A stretch of DNA of 64,000 nt from Dehalococcoidia bacterium (GTDB taxonomy: Bacteria > Chloroflexota > Dehalococcoidia > Bin125), in the NCBI GenBank assembly GCA_965203165.1, contig OZ241849.1, forward strand, positions 1,680,563-1,744,562, in the 5' to 3' direction. Both the position numbers and the translations under genes were made by a program. Below the pieces are notes generated by a model. The model searched no databases. It saw only the letters and a program-made list of their open reading frames with translations, and was not told where the DNA came from. Below, one piece after another: positions 1 through 9,358 of this stretch (its first letter is position 1; every line of letters starts with the position of its first letter).

Positions 1-2
1 CG

Positions 3-860
3 TGGCGTTACGAAGTCGTTGACCGCGAAGGTCACAACGAGCTTGGGCTGGAGGCGCAGCCCGGCACGCACGAGTTTTCCGTCGCAGCTGTGAGGCACCC
101 ACTGGAGTTGGAGACGCCTGCGGCGTTGAATTGGAGCGACGCGCTCGCATATACCGCGACAAAGCCCGCCCCGAACGTGACGCTCACCGCGACGCACGAC
201 ACGGTAACCGTATCGTGGGACCGTCAACCGCTCGCCCGGCATCCGGGCTGGAACGTAGAGCTGCTTGACGTCGAAGGAGGCGGCATGCGGAGCGACATCA
301 TGAGCCACCGGATGATCTCCGATCAAGGCAGCTCATCGGCTCGCCACACGGTGACTTTCACGCACCTGCCGCCCGATACCGCGTTCAACGTGCACGTCTA
401 CCTAAACCTCGCCGAGCACGAGCCCATCCCGTCGTGGATGGCGTCGCTCTCATCTGAACATCCGCGCACGGTTCGCACCAAACCGGCACCACCAGATTGG
501 ACCCCGTGGCCCGTCGGCGCGCAAAACCTACAAACCACTGCGACTGACGACAGCATCACCATCTCGTGGGACGCACCGTCAGATAGCGCTGCTGATCGCT
601 GGTTCGTCGAGCTGTACGACTCTACATCCGGACGTCTGCTATATGCGCGCTGGGCATACCTCAGCGAAAGCCCACTGACAATCAACCGCCTGCTTCCGAC
701 AACGACGTACCGCATCACCGTGGAGCACATCGATCTGCGAACGACTGCAACGACAGCGACCGTTACTACATCCGCTGCGGCTGCGACCGGCGCCGGCACG
801 CCCGGCTTCAGTAGTGCGTGCTACTGCCCCGATCCGACGAAACTGTTTCACGGGCAGTGA
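3..860 (+). CDS. 5'-truncated secreted repeat protein with FN3-like modules (motif TATHDTVTVSWD); paralog of the genes at 51653..53107 and 53318..55885
   Basis: The reading frame is open from the window start with no upstream stop. The TATHDTVTV(S/T)WD module is shared with the two large minus-strand paralogs. GC3-rich codon usage. Confidence 0.6.
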   Translation, partial: WRYEVVDREGHNELGLEAQPGTHEFSVAAVRHPLELETPAALNWSDALAYTATKPAPNVTLTATHDTVTVSWDRQPLARHPGWNVELLDVEGGGMRSDIMSHRMISDQGSSSARHTVTFTHLPPDTAFNVHVYLNLAEHEPIPSWMASLSSEHPRTVRTKPAPPDWTPWPVGAQNLQTTATDDSITISWDAPSDSAADRWFVELYDSTSGRLLYARWAYLSESPLTINRLLPTTTYRITVEHIDLRTTATTATVTTSAAAATGAGTPGFSSACYCPDPTKLFHGQ

Positions 861-935
861 TCGGCCGGTTGGCGAGGTGGCTCCAGCCGCCAATGACTTG
901 GTCGATCGAGGCGTAGAGCTTGAGCGTCGCTGCCG

Positions 936-1499
936 CTACCCAGTAGCCGCAGGATAACCCTCCGACGCTTTGAGGGCTTCGATTTGGGCGGTGTGCATTT
1001 GGTCGTGGACGGACTGGAAGAGCGGCCAGGCGCGGCAGGGCAGCGGGCCGAAGAAGGCGTGCTCAACCGTCACCTCGTCGTTGGGCTGCGCCGGCATTCG
1101 CAGGCCGACGGAGAGCAGCTGCTCCGAGGCCGCAACCAGCCGCTCGCGCAACTCCGCGACGCCCGCCTCGCCGACCGCGATCTGCCCCGGCGGGCCCTTT
1201 GGCTCGGTGCGTCCGTGCGCCGTGGCCTCGATGATCGCGGCGATGTTGGGCGTCGCGGTGATCAGATGGCGCAGCACCTCGGCGATCGACCACATCTCCT
1301 CCTCGTCGCCCGCGTCGGCACGCTGCGGCGGCCGCCAGACGGCCTGCGCGTCGCTCACATCCAGCGTCGCGCCGATCAGCGCGGCGCGGGCAGCGGCGAG
1401 GCGCTGCCAGATTGCGGGCCAAGGCAGCGCGGCCGCGTCTTCGAGCAGCCGCGCGCGCTGCGCGGCGATTTGGTCTTGCTGCGGTGCTTGGTCGGTCAT
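936..1499 (-). CDS. DinB/YfiT-like (DinB_2 superfamily) metal-dependent protein
   Basis: 187-aa product beginning MTDQAPQQDQ with His-rich DinB-like motifs. Its ATG overlaps the TGA of the upstream LLM gene in an ATGA arrangement. The N-terminal 295 aa of the 483-aa track ORF is an out-of-frame overlap and was rejected. Confidence 0.55.
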   Translation of the reverse strand: MTDQAPQQDQIAAQRARLLEDAAALPWPAIWQRLAAARAALIGATLDVSDAQAVWRPPQRADAGDEEEMWSIAEVLRHLITATPNIAAIIEATAHGRTEPKGPPGQIAVGEAGVAELRERLVAASEQLLSVGLRMPAQPNDEVTVEHAFFGPLPCRAWPLFQSVHDQMHTAQIEALKASEGYPAATG

Positions 1500-2401
1500 G
1501 ACTGCCGGAACTCCGTTGCGATCTCGTTGATGAAGCGGTCCATCTGCTCGGTGCGCTCGAAGGCGTTCGCGCCCAGCGTGAAATCGGGGATGATCAGCTC
1601 GTCGACGCCGACATCGATGTACTCCTGCACAGTGCGCAGCAGCTCGTCGCGCGAGCCGCCCAGCACGGGGCGTCCCGACGCGCGGGCGCGGGCGACGCGC
1701 TCCTCGTCGTCGCTGTAGAGCAGCAGCGTGCAGGCGGAGCGCTGAATTTCGGCCGGGTCGCGCGCGAGATCGCGGCAGTGCGCGTCGAGCACCCCGTTCT
1801 TGTGCCGCAGCACCTCGGGGGTTCCCCAGACATTCCACTCGGTCGCGTATTGCGCGGTAATTCGCAGCGTGCGCTTCTCGCCGCCGCCGCCGATCATCAG
1901 CGGCAGCGGCGTCTGGATCGGCTTGGGTTCCAGCGGCGCATCGACGAGCTGGTAGTGCTCGCCCTCGAAATTGCTCTTCTGGTAGCGGAACAGGTCGGTG
2001 ACGATCCGGCAGGCCTCTTCGAGCTTGTCCAGCCGCTCGCGGATCGTGCCCAGCGGGATGCCGTAGGCGGTGTGCTCGCGCTCCTGCCAACCCGCGCCGA
2101 GCCCCAGGATGAAGCGCCCGCCGGAGACGACATCGATCTGCGCCGCCATCTTGGCCACGACGGCCGGGTGGCGGTAGGTGTTGCCGCTGACCATGTGGCC
2201 CATGTGGATGCGCGGGATGCGCACGGCGAGGGCGCTGAGCACGACCCAGCTTTCGTGCTGCGTTTCGTCGTTCTGCTCCGCCACGGGCATGAAGTGGTCG
2301 GCGAACCAGAGCCGGTCCCAGCCGGTCTGCTCGGCGTGGCGGCTGACATGCAGCACCTCCGCCCAGGGATTGGCGGCGGACGGCCAAAATCCGAATCGCA
2401 T
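1496..2401 (-). CDS. LLM-class (luciferase-like monooxygenase) F420-dependent oxidoreductase
   Basis: 301-aa product with typical LLM motifs (WFADHF, GRFILGLGAGW, TIM-barrel flavin/F420 fold family). Confidence 0.85.
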   Translation of the reverse strand: MRFGFWPSAANPWAEVLHVSRHAEQTGWDRLWFADHFMPVAEQNDETQHESWVVLSALAVRIPRIHMGHMVSGNTYRHPAVVAKMAAQIDVVSGGRFILGLGAGWQEREHTAYGIPLGTIRERLDKLEEACRIVTDLFRYQKSNFEGEHYQLVDAPLEPKPIQTPLPLMIGGGGEKRTLRITAQYATEWNVWGTPEVLRHKNGVLDAHCRDLARDPAEIQRSACTLLLYSDDEERVARARASGRPVLGGSRDELLRTVQEYIDVGVDELIIPDFTLGANAFERTEQMDRFINEIATEFRQS

Positions 2402-2512
2402 CAGTCGCTCCTTCCGAGGCGTCGCGCGGCGGCTTACAGGTTAACGATTGATTGTCATCGGATCGCAGCGGGGCGGGCGGCGATACCCTGAAGCCGCAGA
2501 GGGGAGACGCCG

Positions 2513-3208
2513 ATGCGCACCGTGCTGGTGGTGGAGGACGAGCGGCATCTGGCCGAGACGCTGCGCTACAACCTCGAGGGCGAGGGCTATCGCGTGCGCA
2601 CCGCCGGCGACGGCGTCGAGGGACTCTCCCTGGCGCGCACGCTCCAGCCAGATCTGGTGCTGCTCGACCTGATGCTGCCCGCGATGGATGGCGTGGGCGT
2701 GCTGCGCGGCATCCGCGAAGAGTCGCAGGTGCCGGTGCTGCTGCTGACGGCGCGCACCTCCGAGGCCGACCGCGTGCGTGGGCTGGACCTCGGCGCGGAC
2801 GACTACATCACCAAGCCGTTCAGCGTCGCCGAGCTGCTGGCGCGCGTGCGCGCGCAGCTGCGCCGCAAGCGGCCCGAACCGACCACCGCCGCCGACCGCA
2901 CGATCGGGTTCGGCCCGCCCGACAAGCGGTTCACGCTCGACCTCAACCGCCGCCAACTGCGGCGCGGCGACGAGCCGATCGCCCTGCGCCCCAAGGAGTA
3001 CGAGCTGCTCGCCTACCTCGCGCAGCGCGACGGACGCACCTTCACCCGCGACCAACTGCTCGACGACGTCTGGGACATCACCTTCGCCGGCGGCACGCGC
3101 ACCGTGGATGTCCACGTTCGCTGGCTGCGGATGAAGATCGAGTCGCCCGACGGCCCGCCGCGTCATCTGATCACCGTGCGGGGGGCGGGCTATCGGTTCG
3201 AGCGATGA
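2513..3208 (+). CDS. OmpR/PhoB-family response regulator
   Basis: Receiver domain (VLVVEDE...DLVLLDLMLP) plus winged-helix trans_reg_C (RPKEYELL...ITVRGAGYRF). Located upstream of a PhoR-like kinase and pstS. Confidence 0.9.
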   Translation: MRTVLVVEDERHLAETLRYNLEGEGYRVRTAGDGVEGLSLARTLQPDLVLLDLMLPAMDGVGVLRGIREESQVPVLLLTARTSEADRVRGLDLGADDYITKPFSVAELLARVRAQLRRKRPEPTTAADRTIGFGPPDKRFTLDLNRRQLRRGDEPIALRPKEYELLAYLAQRDGRTFTRDQLLDDVWDITFAGGTRTVDVHVRWLRMKIESPDGPPRHLITVRGAGYRFER

Positions 3209-4602
3209 GCAGCGGGCGGGCGGGCGCGCCGTCGCCATGGGCCGCGCTGTTCGCGGCGCTGCTCTGGATCGCGGCGGGGTTGATCGCCGCCCAGGGCGGC
3301 TGGGGCGTCCCCGTGGGCATCGCGCTCGGCGCGGCGGGACTGCTGCTCCTGCTCGCGGCGATCGTCTCGGTACACCGCGCTCGGCGGCGGCTGGCTGAAG
3401 CGATCCGCACCGCCGGCGCGGGCGACGCGCCGCTCAACCCGCCCGCCGACGCCGACCTGGCGCAGGCCGTGCGCGCCGTCTCCGACGGCGTGCGCAGCGC
3501 CCGCGAGCTGCTCGGGCAGAGCCAGGCCGAGCGCGCCCAATTCGAGCATGCGCTCTCCGCCGCGGGCGACGCGGTGCTGGCGCTCGACGCCGGCGGGCGC
3601 ATCGCCTACCTCAATCCCGCCGCGCGGGAGTCGCTGGCTCCGGCCGAGGGCGTCTCTCCGCTCCGCATCGGCGCACCCCTAATCGACGCGGTGGGCGACC
3701 CCGACCTCTACGCCGCCGTCGAGACGGCGCGCGCCCAAGGCGGCTCGCAGTCGCTCGCGATCCAGCACAGCGGACGCCGCTACCGCGCCGTCGTCGCGCC
3801 GCTCGGCGAGGACGGGGTCTGGAGCGTCGTCGTCGCGCTGCACGACATGACCGAGCAGCAGGAGGCGGAGACCGCGCGGCGCGACTTCTTCATCAACGCC
3901 TCGCACGAGTTGCGCACCCCGCTGGCGACGATCTCCGCGGCCGCCGAGACGCTTGAGCGGGCGCGCGACGCCGCCGACGCGGGGCGCTTCCGCGAGATCA
4001 TCCAGATCGAAGCCGAGCGGATGAGCCAGCTGGTCGAAGAAATGCTGGCCCTGGCGCGGCTCGAGTCGGGGCTGGCGCAGCCCGATCTGCGTAACGTCGC
4101 CGCCGCCCCGCTGATCGAGCGCGCCGTCGAGCGGATGCGCCCGCAGGCCGAGCGCAACGGCCTCAGCCTGAGCGCCCGGCTCGACCCCGCGGCCGAGGAC
4201 GCGATCGAGGCCGACCCCGACCTGATCCTGCGCGCGCTGCTCAACCTGCTGCAGAACGCGATCAAGTTCACGCCCCAAGAGGGAACCATCGAGGTCTTCA
4301 CCGCAGCCGACGATCTGTCGCAGCCCGCACAGCTTTGGATCCACGTGCGCGACAGCGGCATCGGCGTCGAACCCGCGGAGCAGAGCCGCATCTTCCAGCG
4401 CTTCTACCGCATCGATCGCGCCCGCGCGATGGGCAGCGGCACCGGCCTGGGCCTGGCCGTCGTGCGCCACATCGCCGAGGTGCACGGCGGCGCGGTCTCG
4501 CTGGAGAGCGAGCCGGGCCGCGGCTCCACGTTCGGCTTCTCCGTGCCCAGATCCGCGGACGTATCCGACGCGACAGAAGCGAACTCGCTAACTACTCCTT
4601 AA
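3205..4602 (+). CDS. PhoR-like sensor histidine kinase (TM, PAS, HisKA, HATPase_c)
   Basis: The start ATG overlaps the regulator TGA (ATGA). HisKA H-box FFINASHELRTPL; G-box GTGLGLAVV. The N-terminal 250 aa of the 716-aa track ORF is an overlap artefact. Confidence 0.85.
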   Translation: MSSGRAGAPSPWAALFAALLWIAAGLIAAQGGWGVPVGIALGAAGLLLLLAAIVSVHRARRRLAEAIRTAGAGDAPLNPPADADLAQAVRAVSDGVRSARELLGQSQAERAQFEHALSAAGDAVLALDAGGRIAYLNPAARESLAPAEGVSPLRIGAPLIDAVGDPDLYAAVETARAQGGSQSLAIQHSGRRYRAVVAPLGEDGVWSVVVALHDMTEQQEAETARRDFFINASHELRTPLATISAAAETLERARDAADAGRFREIIQIEAERMSQLVEEMLALARLESGLAQPDLRNVAAAPLIERAVERMRPQAERNGLSLSARLDPAAEDAIEADPDLILRALLNLLQNAIKFTPQEGTIEVFTAADDLSQPAQLWIHVRDSGIGVEPAEQSRIFQRFYRIDRARAMGSGTGLGLAVVRHIAEVHGGAVSLESEPGRGSTFGFSVPRSADVSDATEANSLTTP

Positions 4603-4606
4603 CGCC

Positions 4607-4627
4607 TTGCCAACCTGCCATTAACCG
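4607..4627 (+). promoter_or_regulatory. Candidate PHO-box-like direct repeats (TTGCCAACC / CATTAACCG, about 11-bp phase) upstream of pstS
   Basis: Direct repeats of a (T/C)(A/C)ACC core about 65-85 nt upstream of the pstS start. A similar TTACCG/TTAACCG pair lies upstream of pstC at about 26127-26143. Confidence 0.3.
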
Positions 4628-4693
4628 CCGCCCGCCCGCTCGCGCCATACGCTGTCCCTGCCGTCAGGCGGCACAGGTCCGCGCAACGGGGCA

Positions 4694-5836
4694 ATGGGCC
4701 ATCGAGAGAGGACGAACGCTTTGACACGCTTCAACAAGCCGGGAATTCGCTGGCTGCTGCCGATGCTGCTGCTGATCGGCCTCGCGGCCGTAGCCATCGG
4801 CTGCGGCGGCGGTGACGACGCACAACAGACCGCCGTTCAGGCGACCGAGGCCGAACAGCAGCAGCCCGCCGCCGATACGGCGCAGCAGCAGGGCTCCGAC
4901 TCCTCGTCCGTCGCCGCTGACCTGTCGGGCGAGATCGCGGTCGACGGCTCCAGCACTGTCTTCCCCATCACCGAAGCGATGGCCGCCGAGTTCGGCATCG
5001 CCAACCCTGATGTCCGCGTCACCGTCGGCGTCTCCGGCACCGGCGGCGGCTTCAAGCGCTTCTGCGCGGGCGAGACGGATATCTCCGACGCCTCCCGCCC
5101 GATCCGGAGCGCCGAAGTCGAACTCTGCGATGAGAACGGGATCAGCTTCATCGAAGTGCCCGTCGCCTACGACGGTCTCACCGTCGTGGTCCACCCCGAC
5201 AACGACTGGGTCGACCAGCTCACCGTCGCCGAGCTGAACACGATCTTCCGTCCCGACGACTACGCGGTGACCTGGGCCGATGTGCGCGACGGCTTCCCCG
5301 ATGTCGAAATCTCGCTCTTCGCTCCGGGCGCCGACTCCGGCACGTTCGACTACTTCACCGAGACAATCAACGACGACGGCGGCGTCCACCGCTCCGACAA
5401 CACCACCTTCTCCGAGGACGACAACGTGCTCGTGCAGGGCGTCTCCGGCGAGCGTGGCGGAATCGGCTACTTCGGCTTCTCCTACTACGCCAACAACTCG
5501 GACCGGCTCAAGGCCGTGCCGATCATCAACGACGCCGGCGCGGCCGTCGTCCCCAGCCTCGAGACGATCAACGACGGCTCCTACAACCCGCTCTCGCGCC
5601 CGCTGTTCATCTACGTCAGCGTCGCTTCGCTGGACCGCTCGGAGGTCGCCGCCTTCGTCGAGTACTACGTCACCGACGGCGTCTTCCTGGTCGACTCGCC
5701 CGAGGTCGGCTACGTGCAGCTGCCCGAGGAGCTCTACGCCGCCGCGCTGACCCGCGCGCAGGAGCGCATCACCGGCTCCGCCATCGCGCTCGCCCAGGAG
5801 GGCCAGACCCTGGCCTCAATCTACGGCGCGGAGTAG
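4694..5836 (+). CDS. pstS: Phosphate ABC transporter substrate-binding lipoprotein PstS
   Basis: Signal peptide with lipobox (AIGC) and PstS-family motifs ([20 protein letters not shown]). Confidence 0.9.
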   Translation: MGHRERTNALTRFNKPGIRWLLPMLLLIGLAAVAIGCGGGDDAQQTAVQATEAEQQQPAADTAQQQGSDSSSVAADLSGEIAVDGSSTVFPITEAMAAEFGIANPDVRVTVGVSGTGGGFKRFCAGETDISDASRPIRSAEVELCDENGISFIEVPVAYDGLTVVVHPDNDWVDQLTVAELNTIFRPDDYAVTWADVRDGFPDVEISLFAPGADSGTFDYFTETINDDGGVHRSDNTTFSEDDNVLVQGVSGERGGIGYFGFSYYANNSDRLKAVPIINDAGAAVVPSLETINDGSYNPLSRPLFIYVSVASLDRSEVAAFVEYYVTDGVFLVDSPEVGYVQLPEELYAAALTRAQERITGSAIALAQEGQTLASIYGAE

Positions 5837-5875
5837 CCCTCCTCCCGGCCCCAGCGCCCCGAAACCCACCCCGCC

Positions 5876-5934
5876 GCCGAACACCACCGAACACAGCCGA
5901 ACACAGCCGAACACAGCCGAACACCACCGAACAG
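5876..5934. repeat. 11-bp tandem repeat (ccgaacacagc/ccgaacaccac), about 5 units
   Basis: Seen directly in the sequence. Confidence 0.8.
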
Positions 5935-6059
5935 CGCCTGCACCCGCCACAGCACCCCAAACCCACCCCCGCCACTTACCAAGACCTACCAAAACCTACC
6001 AAACCTGACCGCGCCCCAACCCCCCCGACCAGATACAAACCCCACCTCCAACCCCGCCA

Positions 6060-6520
6060 ACTCCGTCACACCCGCGCCCACAGCTCCGTCATACCCGCGC
6101 TTGCCGCGGGTATCTCGCCGTGCCGAGCACCAAGCCCCGTTCCCGCCACCGCCACCGTCATACCCGCGCCCACAGCTCTGTCATACCCGCGCTTGCCGCG
6201 GGTACCCCGCCGCGCCGAGCACCAAGCCCCGTTCCCGCCACCGCCACCGTCATACCCGCGCCCAAAGCTCCGTCATACCCGCGCTTGCCGCGGGTATCTC
6301 GCCGCGCCGAGCACCAAGCCCCGTTCCCGCCACCGCCACCGTCATACCCGCGCCCAAAGCTCCGTCATACCCGCGCTTGCCGCGGGTATCTCGCCGCGCC
6401 GAGCACCAAGCCCCGTTCCCGCCACCGCCACCGTCATACCCGCGCCCAAAGCTCCGTCATACCCGCGCTTGCCGCGGGTACCCCGCCGTGCCGAGCACCA
6501 AGCCCCGTTCCCGTCACAGC
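6060..6520. repeat. 92-bp tandem repeat, about 5 units, each carrying a REP1 hairpin (tacccgcg-cttgc-cgcgggta). Flanked by 43-bp direct repeats (agcaccccaaacccacccccgccacttaccaagacctaccaaa) at about 5950-5995 and 6515-6560
   Basis: Period of 92 bp between successive gtcatacccgcgcttgccgcgggta occurrences (6089, 6181, 6273, 6365, 6457). Confidence 0.85.
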
Positions 6521-6625
6521 ACCCCCAACCCACCCCGGCCACTTACCAAGACCTACCAAACCCGACCACGCCCCACCACCCCCCAACCAGCTGAACACCC
6601 CAAGCCAGGCAAGCATGAACACGCC

Positions 6626-7831
6626 CTAAGAGTGTTGGGAGAAAGAGAGACGCAGGTCGGCGAGGAGCAGCCCGGGAATCTCCATGGCCGGAAAGTGGCC
6701 ACCCTCGGGGAACTCGGTCCAGTGCGCGACATTGAAGGCGCGCTCGCACCAGCTGCGCGGAGGCAGCGGGGTGCCGCGCACCAGCCGGGCGAAGCCGGTC
6801 GGCACGGCGACGCGCTCGCCCTCGCGCAGCCGCACCTGCCCGCCCAACTCGGCCTCAACCTCCGCCGCCGGCCGGCCGGCCTCGTGGTAAATGCGCATCG
6901 AGGAGTTGATCGTCTCCGTGAACCAGTAGATCGAGATGGTCGCGAGCAGCTCATCCATCGTGAAGCGGCGCAGGATGTCGCCGCCGCGCGGCGCCTCCTC
7001 GGGGCGCATGCAGTCGCTGAGCATCCACCACTTATCCACAATCCAGGCCGCGAGCCCGACGGGCGAATCGGCCAGCCCGTAGGAGAGCGTTTGAAAGCGG
7101 GTGCCGTGGATGGCGCGGTGAGCGGCGTCTTCGCGCACGTAGGGCGCCTGCTCGTCGCGGAAGAAGCGCTCCTCTTGCTCGGATTGCGCGCGCGCGGCCG
7201 CGCCGGGCGGGGCGAGGGCGGCGGCGGTGAGGTGCAGCGCGCGCAGCCGCTCCGGATGGCGCAGGCCCAGTTGGCCGCCGACCGCCGCGCCCCAGTCGCC
7301 GCCGTGATAGGCGAAGCGCTCGTAGCCGAGCTCGCGCATCAGCCGCGCCCAGAGGTCGGCGATGGCGGCCGGGCCGAGGCCGGCGCGGCGGGGGATGTCC
7401 GACCAGCCGTAGCCGGGCAGCGAGGGCGCGACGACGTGAAAGGCGGGCGCGGTCGGATCGTCGGGCTCGGCGAGCGCGTCGATGATCTTGTGGAATTCGT
7501 AGACGGAGGAGGGCCAGCCGTGCTGGATCAGCAGCGGAACAGCGTCGGCGCGCGGGCTGCGGCGGTGGATGAAGTGGATCCGAAGCGTCTCGCCGTTGGC
7601 GCAATCAAGCGGAGCGCGAAATTGCGGGAAGGCGTTGAGCCGCCGCTCAACGGCGCGCCAGTCGAAGCGCTCAACCCAGTGCTCGCAGAGCTCGCGCAGG
7701 AACGCAAGCTCGACGCCGTAGAGCCAGGCGGAGCCGGGCACTTCAGGCAGCCAGCGGGTGTTGCGCAGGCGCTCGCGCAGCGCCGCGATTTCGGCGTCGG
7801 GAACGGCGATGGTGTAGCGCTCGGGCTGCAT
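6626..7831 (-). CDS. Epoxide hydrolase (microsomal-EH-like N-terminal domain plus alpha/beta hydrolase)
   Basis: EHN domain motifs and the HGWP oxyanion motif. Paralogous to the adjacent gene. Confidence 0.85.
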   Translation of the reverse strand: MQPERYTIAVPDAEIAALRERLRNTRWLPEVPGSAWLYGVELAFLRELCEHWVERFDWRAVERRLNAFPQFRAPLDCANGETLRIHFIHRRSPRADAVPLLIQHGWPSSVYEFHKIIDALAEPDDPTAPAFHVVAPSLPGYGWSDIPRRAGLGPAAIADLWARLMRELGYERFAYHGGDWGAAVGGQLGLRHPERLRALHLTAAALAPPGAAARAQSEQEERFFRDEQAPYVREDAAHRAIHGTRFQTLSYGLADSPVGLAAWIVDKWWMLSDCMRPEEAPRGGDILRRFTMDELLATISIYWFTETINSSMRIYHEAGRPAAEVEAELGGQVRLREGERVAVPTGFARLVRGTPLPPRSWCERAFNVAHWTEFPEGGHFPAMEIPGLLLADLRLSFSQHS

Positions 7832-7840
7832 CCCCCGCGC

Positions 7841-9022
7841 CTAGCGCAGCGGGCGGAAGAAGTCGCGGATGTCCTGCACCAACAGATCAGGCTCTTCGAG
7901 AGCGGCGAAATGGCCGCCGCGGTCGTGCACCGACCACTGCTGGATGTTGTAGCCCGCTTCGCACCAGCTGCGCGGCGCCGTGATGATCTCGCCGGGGAAA
8001 ATCGAGAAGCCGGTCGGCGTTTCGAGCCGCCCGGGCAGAAAGTTCTCCGCCTGGTTCTGGCGCATCTCGTAGTAGTAGCGCGTGCTGCTGTTGATCGTGC
8101 CGCTGAACCAGTAGATCGAGATGTTGGTCAGAATCTCGTCCTTGCTGAAGCGCTTCTCGATCTCCCCGTCGCAGTCGCTCCAGGCTCGCCACTTCTCCGT
8201 GATCCAGCCCGCCAGCCCGGCCGGCGAATCCGTCAGGCCGTAGGCCAGCGTTTGCGGCCGCGTGCCCTGGATCGCCTGATAGCCCGTCTCCTGCGCCTGC
8301 CATTCAGCCATCTTGGCGGCAATCGCCTTCTCCTCGTCGCTCCACTCTTCCTGCGGGCGGTCCGTGGGCGGGCGGCCGATCGGCATGTTGATCTGCGCGC
8401 CGACGCAGTTCTCGGGATGCTGGTAGGCGACCTGCGCGGTGACGATCGCGCCCCAGTCGCCCCCCTGCGCGCCGTAGCGCTCGTAGCCGAGCTGCTTCAT
8501 CAGCGCGCCCCAGAGCAGCGCCGTCCGCTTCTGCCCGAAGCCGCCGGCCGCGGGAATTTCCGAGAAGCCGTAGCCGGGCAGCGAGGGCGCGACGACGCTG
8601 AAGGCGTCGGCCGGGTCGCCGCCGTGCGCGGCCGGATCGGTCAGCGGACCGAGGATCTTGCTGACCTCATAGAAGGTGCCCGGCCAGCCGTGCGTAAAGA
8701 CGAGCGGCAGCGGGTTGGGACCCACGCCCTCCTGATGCACGAAATGCACCGTGTAGTCGTCCACCCCGTCGGCGCTGACCGCTTCGGTGAACTGCGGCAT
8801 GCGGTTGAGGTAGGTCTCCTGCACGCGCCAGTCGAAATCGTTGCGCCAGTATTCGCAGAGCTCCTGCATGTAGGCCAGGTTGGAGCCGTACTGCCAGCCG
8901 CTGTCCGCCACTTCGGAAGGCCAGCGGGTCTGCGCCAGGCGGCGCTTGAGGTCGCGCAGGTCGGTGTCGGTGACTTCGATCGTGAAGGGCTGCGGCATTC
9001 GGTCGGTCCTCTCCCGGCTCAA
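7841..9022 (-). CDS. Epoxide hydrolase, tandem paralog
   Basis: The same architecture as 6626..7831 (THGWPGTF). Confidence 0.85.
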   Translation of the reverse strand: MSRERTDRMPQPFTIEVTDTDLRDLKRRLAQTRWPSEVADSGWQYGSNLAYMQELCEYWRNDFDWRVQETYLNRMPQFTEAVSADGVDDYTVHFVHQEGVGPNPLPLVFTHGWPGTFYEVSKILGPLTDPAAHGGDPADAFSVVAPSLPGYGFSEIPAAGGFGQKRTALLWGALMKQLGYERYGAQGGDWGAIVTAQVAYQHPENCVGAQINMPIGRPPTDRPQEEWSDEEKAIAAKMAEWQAQETGYQAIQGTRPQTLAYGLTDSPAGLAGWITEKWRAWSDCDGEIEKRFSKDEILTNISIYWFSGTINSSTRYYYEMRQNQAENFLPGRLETPTGFSIFPGEIITAPRSWCEAGYNIQQWSVHDRGGHFAALEEPDLLVQDIRDFFRPLR

Positions 9023-9076
9023 GCGTGTGGTGGCTGCGTTGCGCAGTATCGCACCCGCGCAGGCGCGGCGGGCAGA

Positions 9077-9319
9077 TCAGCCCTCCACGACATCGCCGGA
9101 GACCGGGTCGATCCGCACGCCCTTTTCGACGACCCAGGCAAGCCCGCGCTCGATCTCGTCGGCGTCGCCTTCGAGTTCGAGCACGACCCAGCCGAAATCC
9201 TGCTCGACAGCGGCCATGCGGATGTTGGTCACGACCTCGAACTCGCGGCCGAGCAGGTAGATGACCGGCTCGCGGACGGCGTCGCCCTCGAAGGTGAAGC
9301 GGACTCGGCGCGTGGCCAT
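9077..9319 (-). CDS. Stand-alone NIL-domain protein (MetN C-terminal-like small ferredoxin-fold domain)
   Basis: 80-aa product resembling the NIL domain. Located immediately downstream of a threonine-synthase-like gene. Confidence 0.5.
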   Translation of the reverse strand: MATRRVRFTFEGDAVREPVIYLLGREFEVVTNIRMAAVEQDFGWVVLELEGDADEIERGLAWVVEKGVRIDPVSGDVVEG

Positions 9320-9358
9320 GGCGGCTCTCCTGCCCGGCTTGGGGCGCGGCTGGCTTGC

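Noticed and set aside
936-2387. 483-aa ORF as a single gene
   Set aside because: Its upstream two thirds overlap the LLM oxidoreductase gene in another frame. Only the C-terminal 187 codons (936..1499) look like a real DinB-like gene.
2452-4602. 716-aa ORF suggesting a fused regulator-kinase
   Set aside because: The N-terminal 250 aa is an out-of-frame overlap of the response regulator (frame of 2513..3208). The kinase starts at the ATG at 3205 in ATGA overlap.
6060-6520. Possible CRISPR array or protein-coding Pro-rich repeat (track ORFs 6120..6629 and 6193..6594)
   Set aside because: Whole 92-bp units repeat, with no spacers. The ORFs are open on several frames only because of repeat periodicity and GC content.
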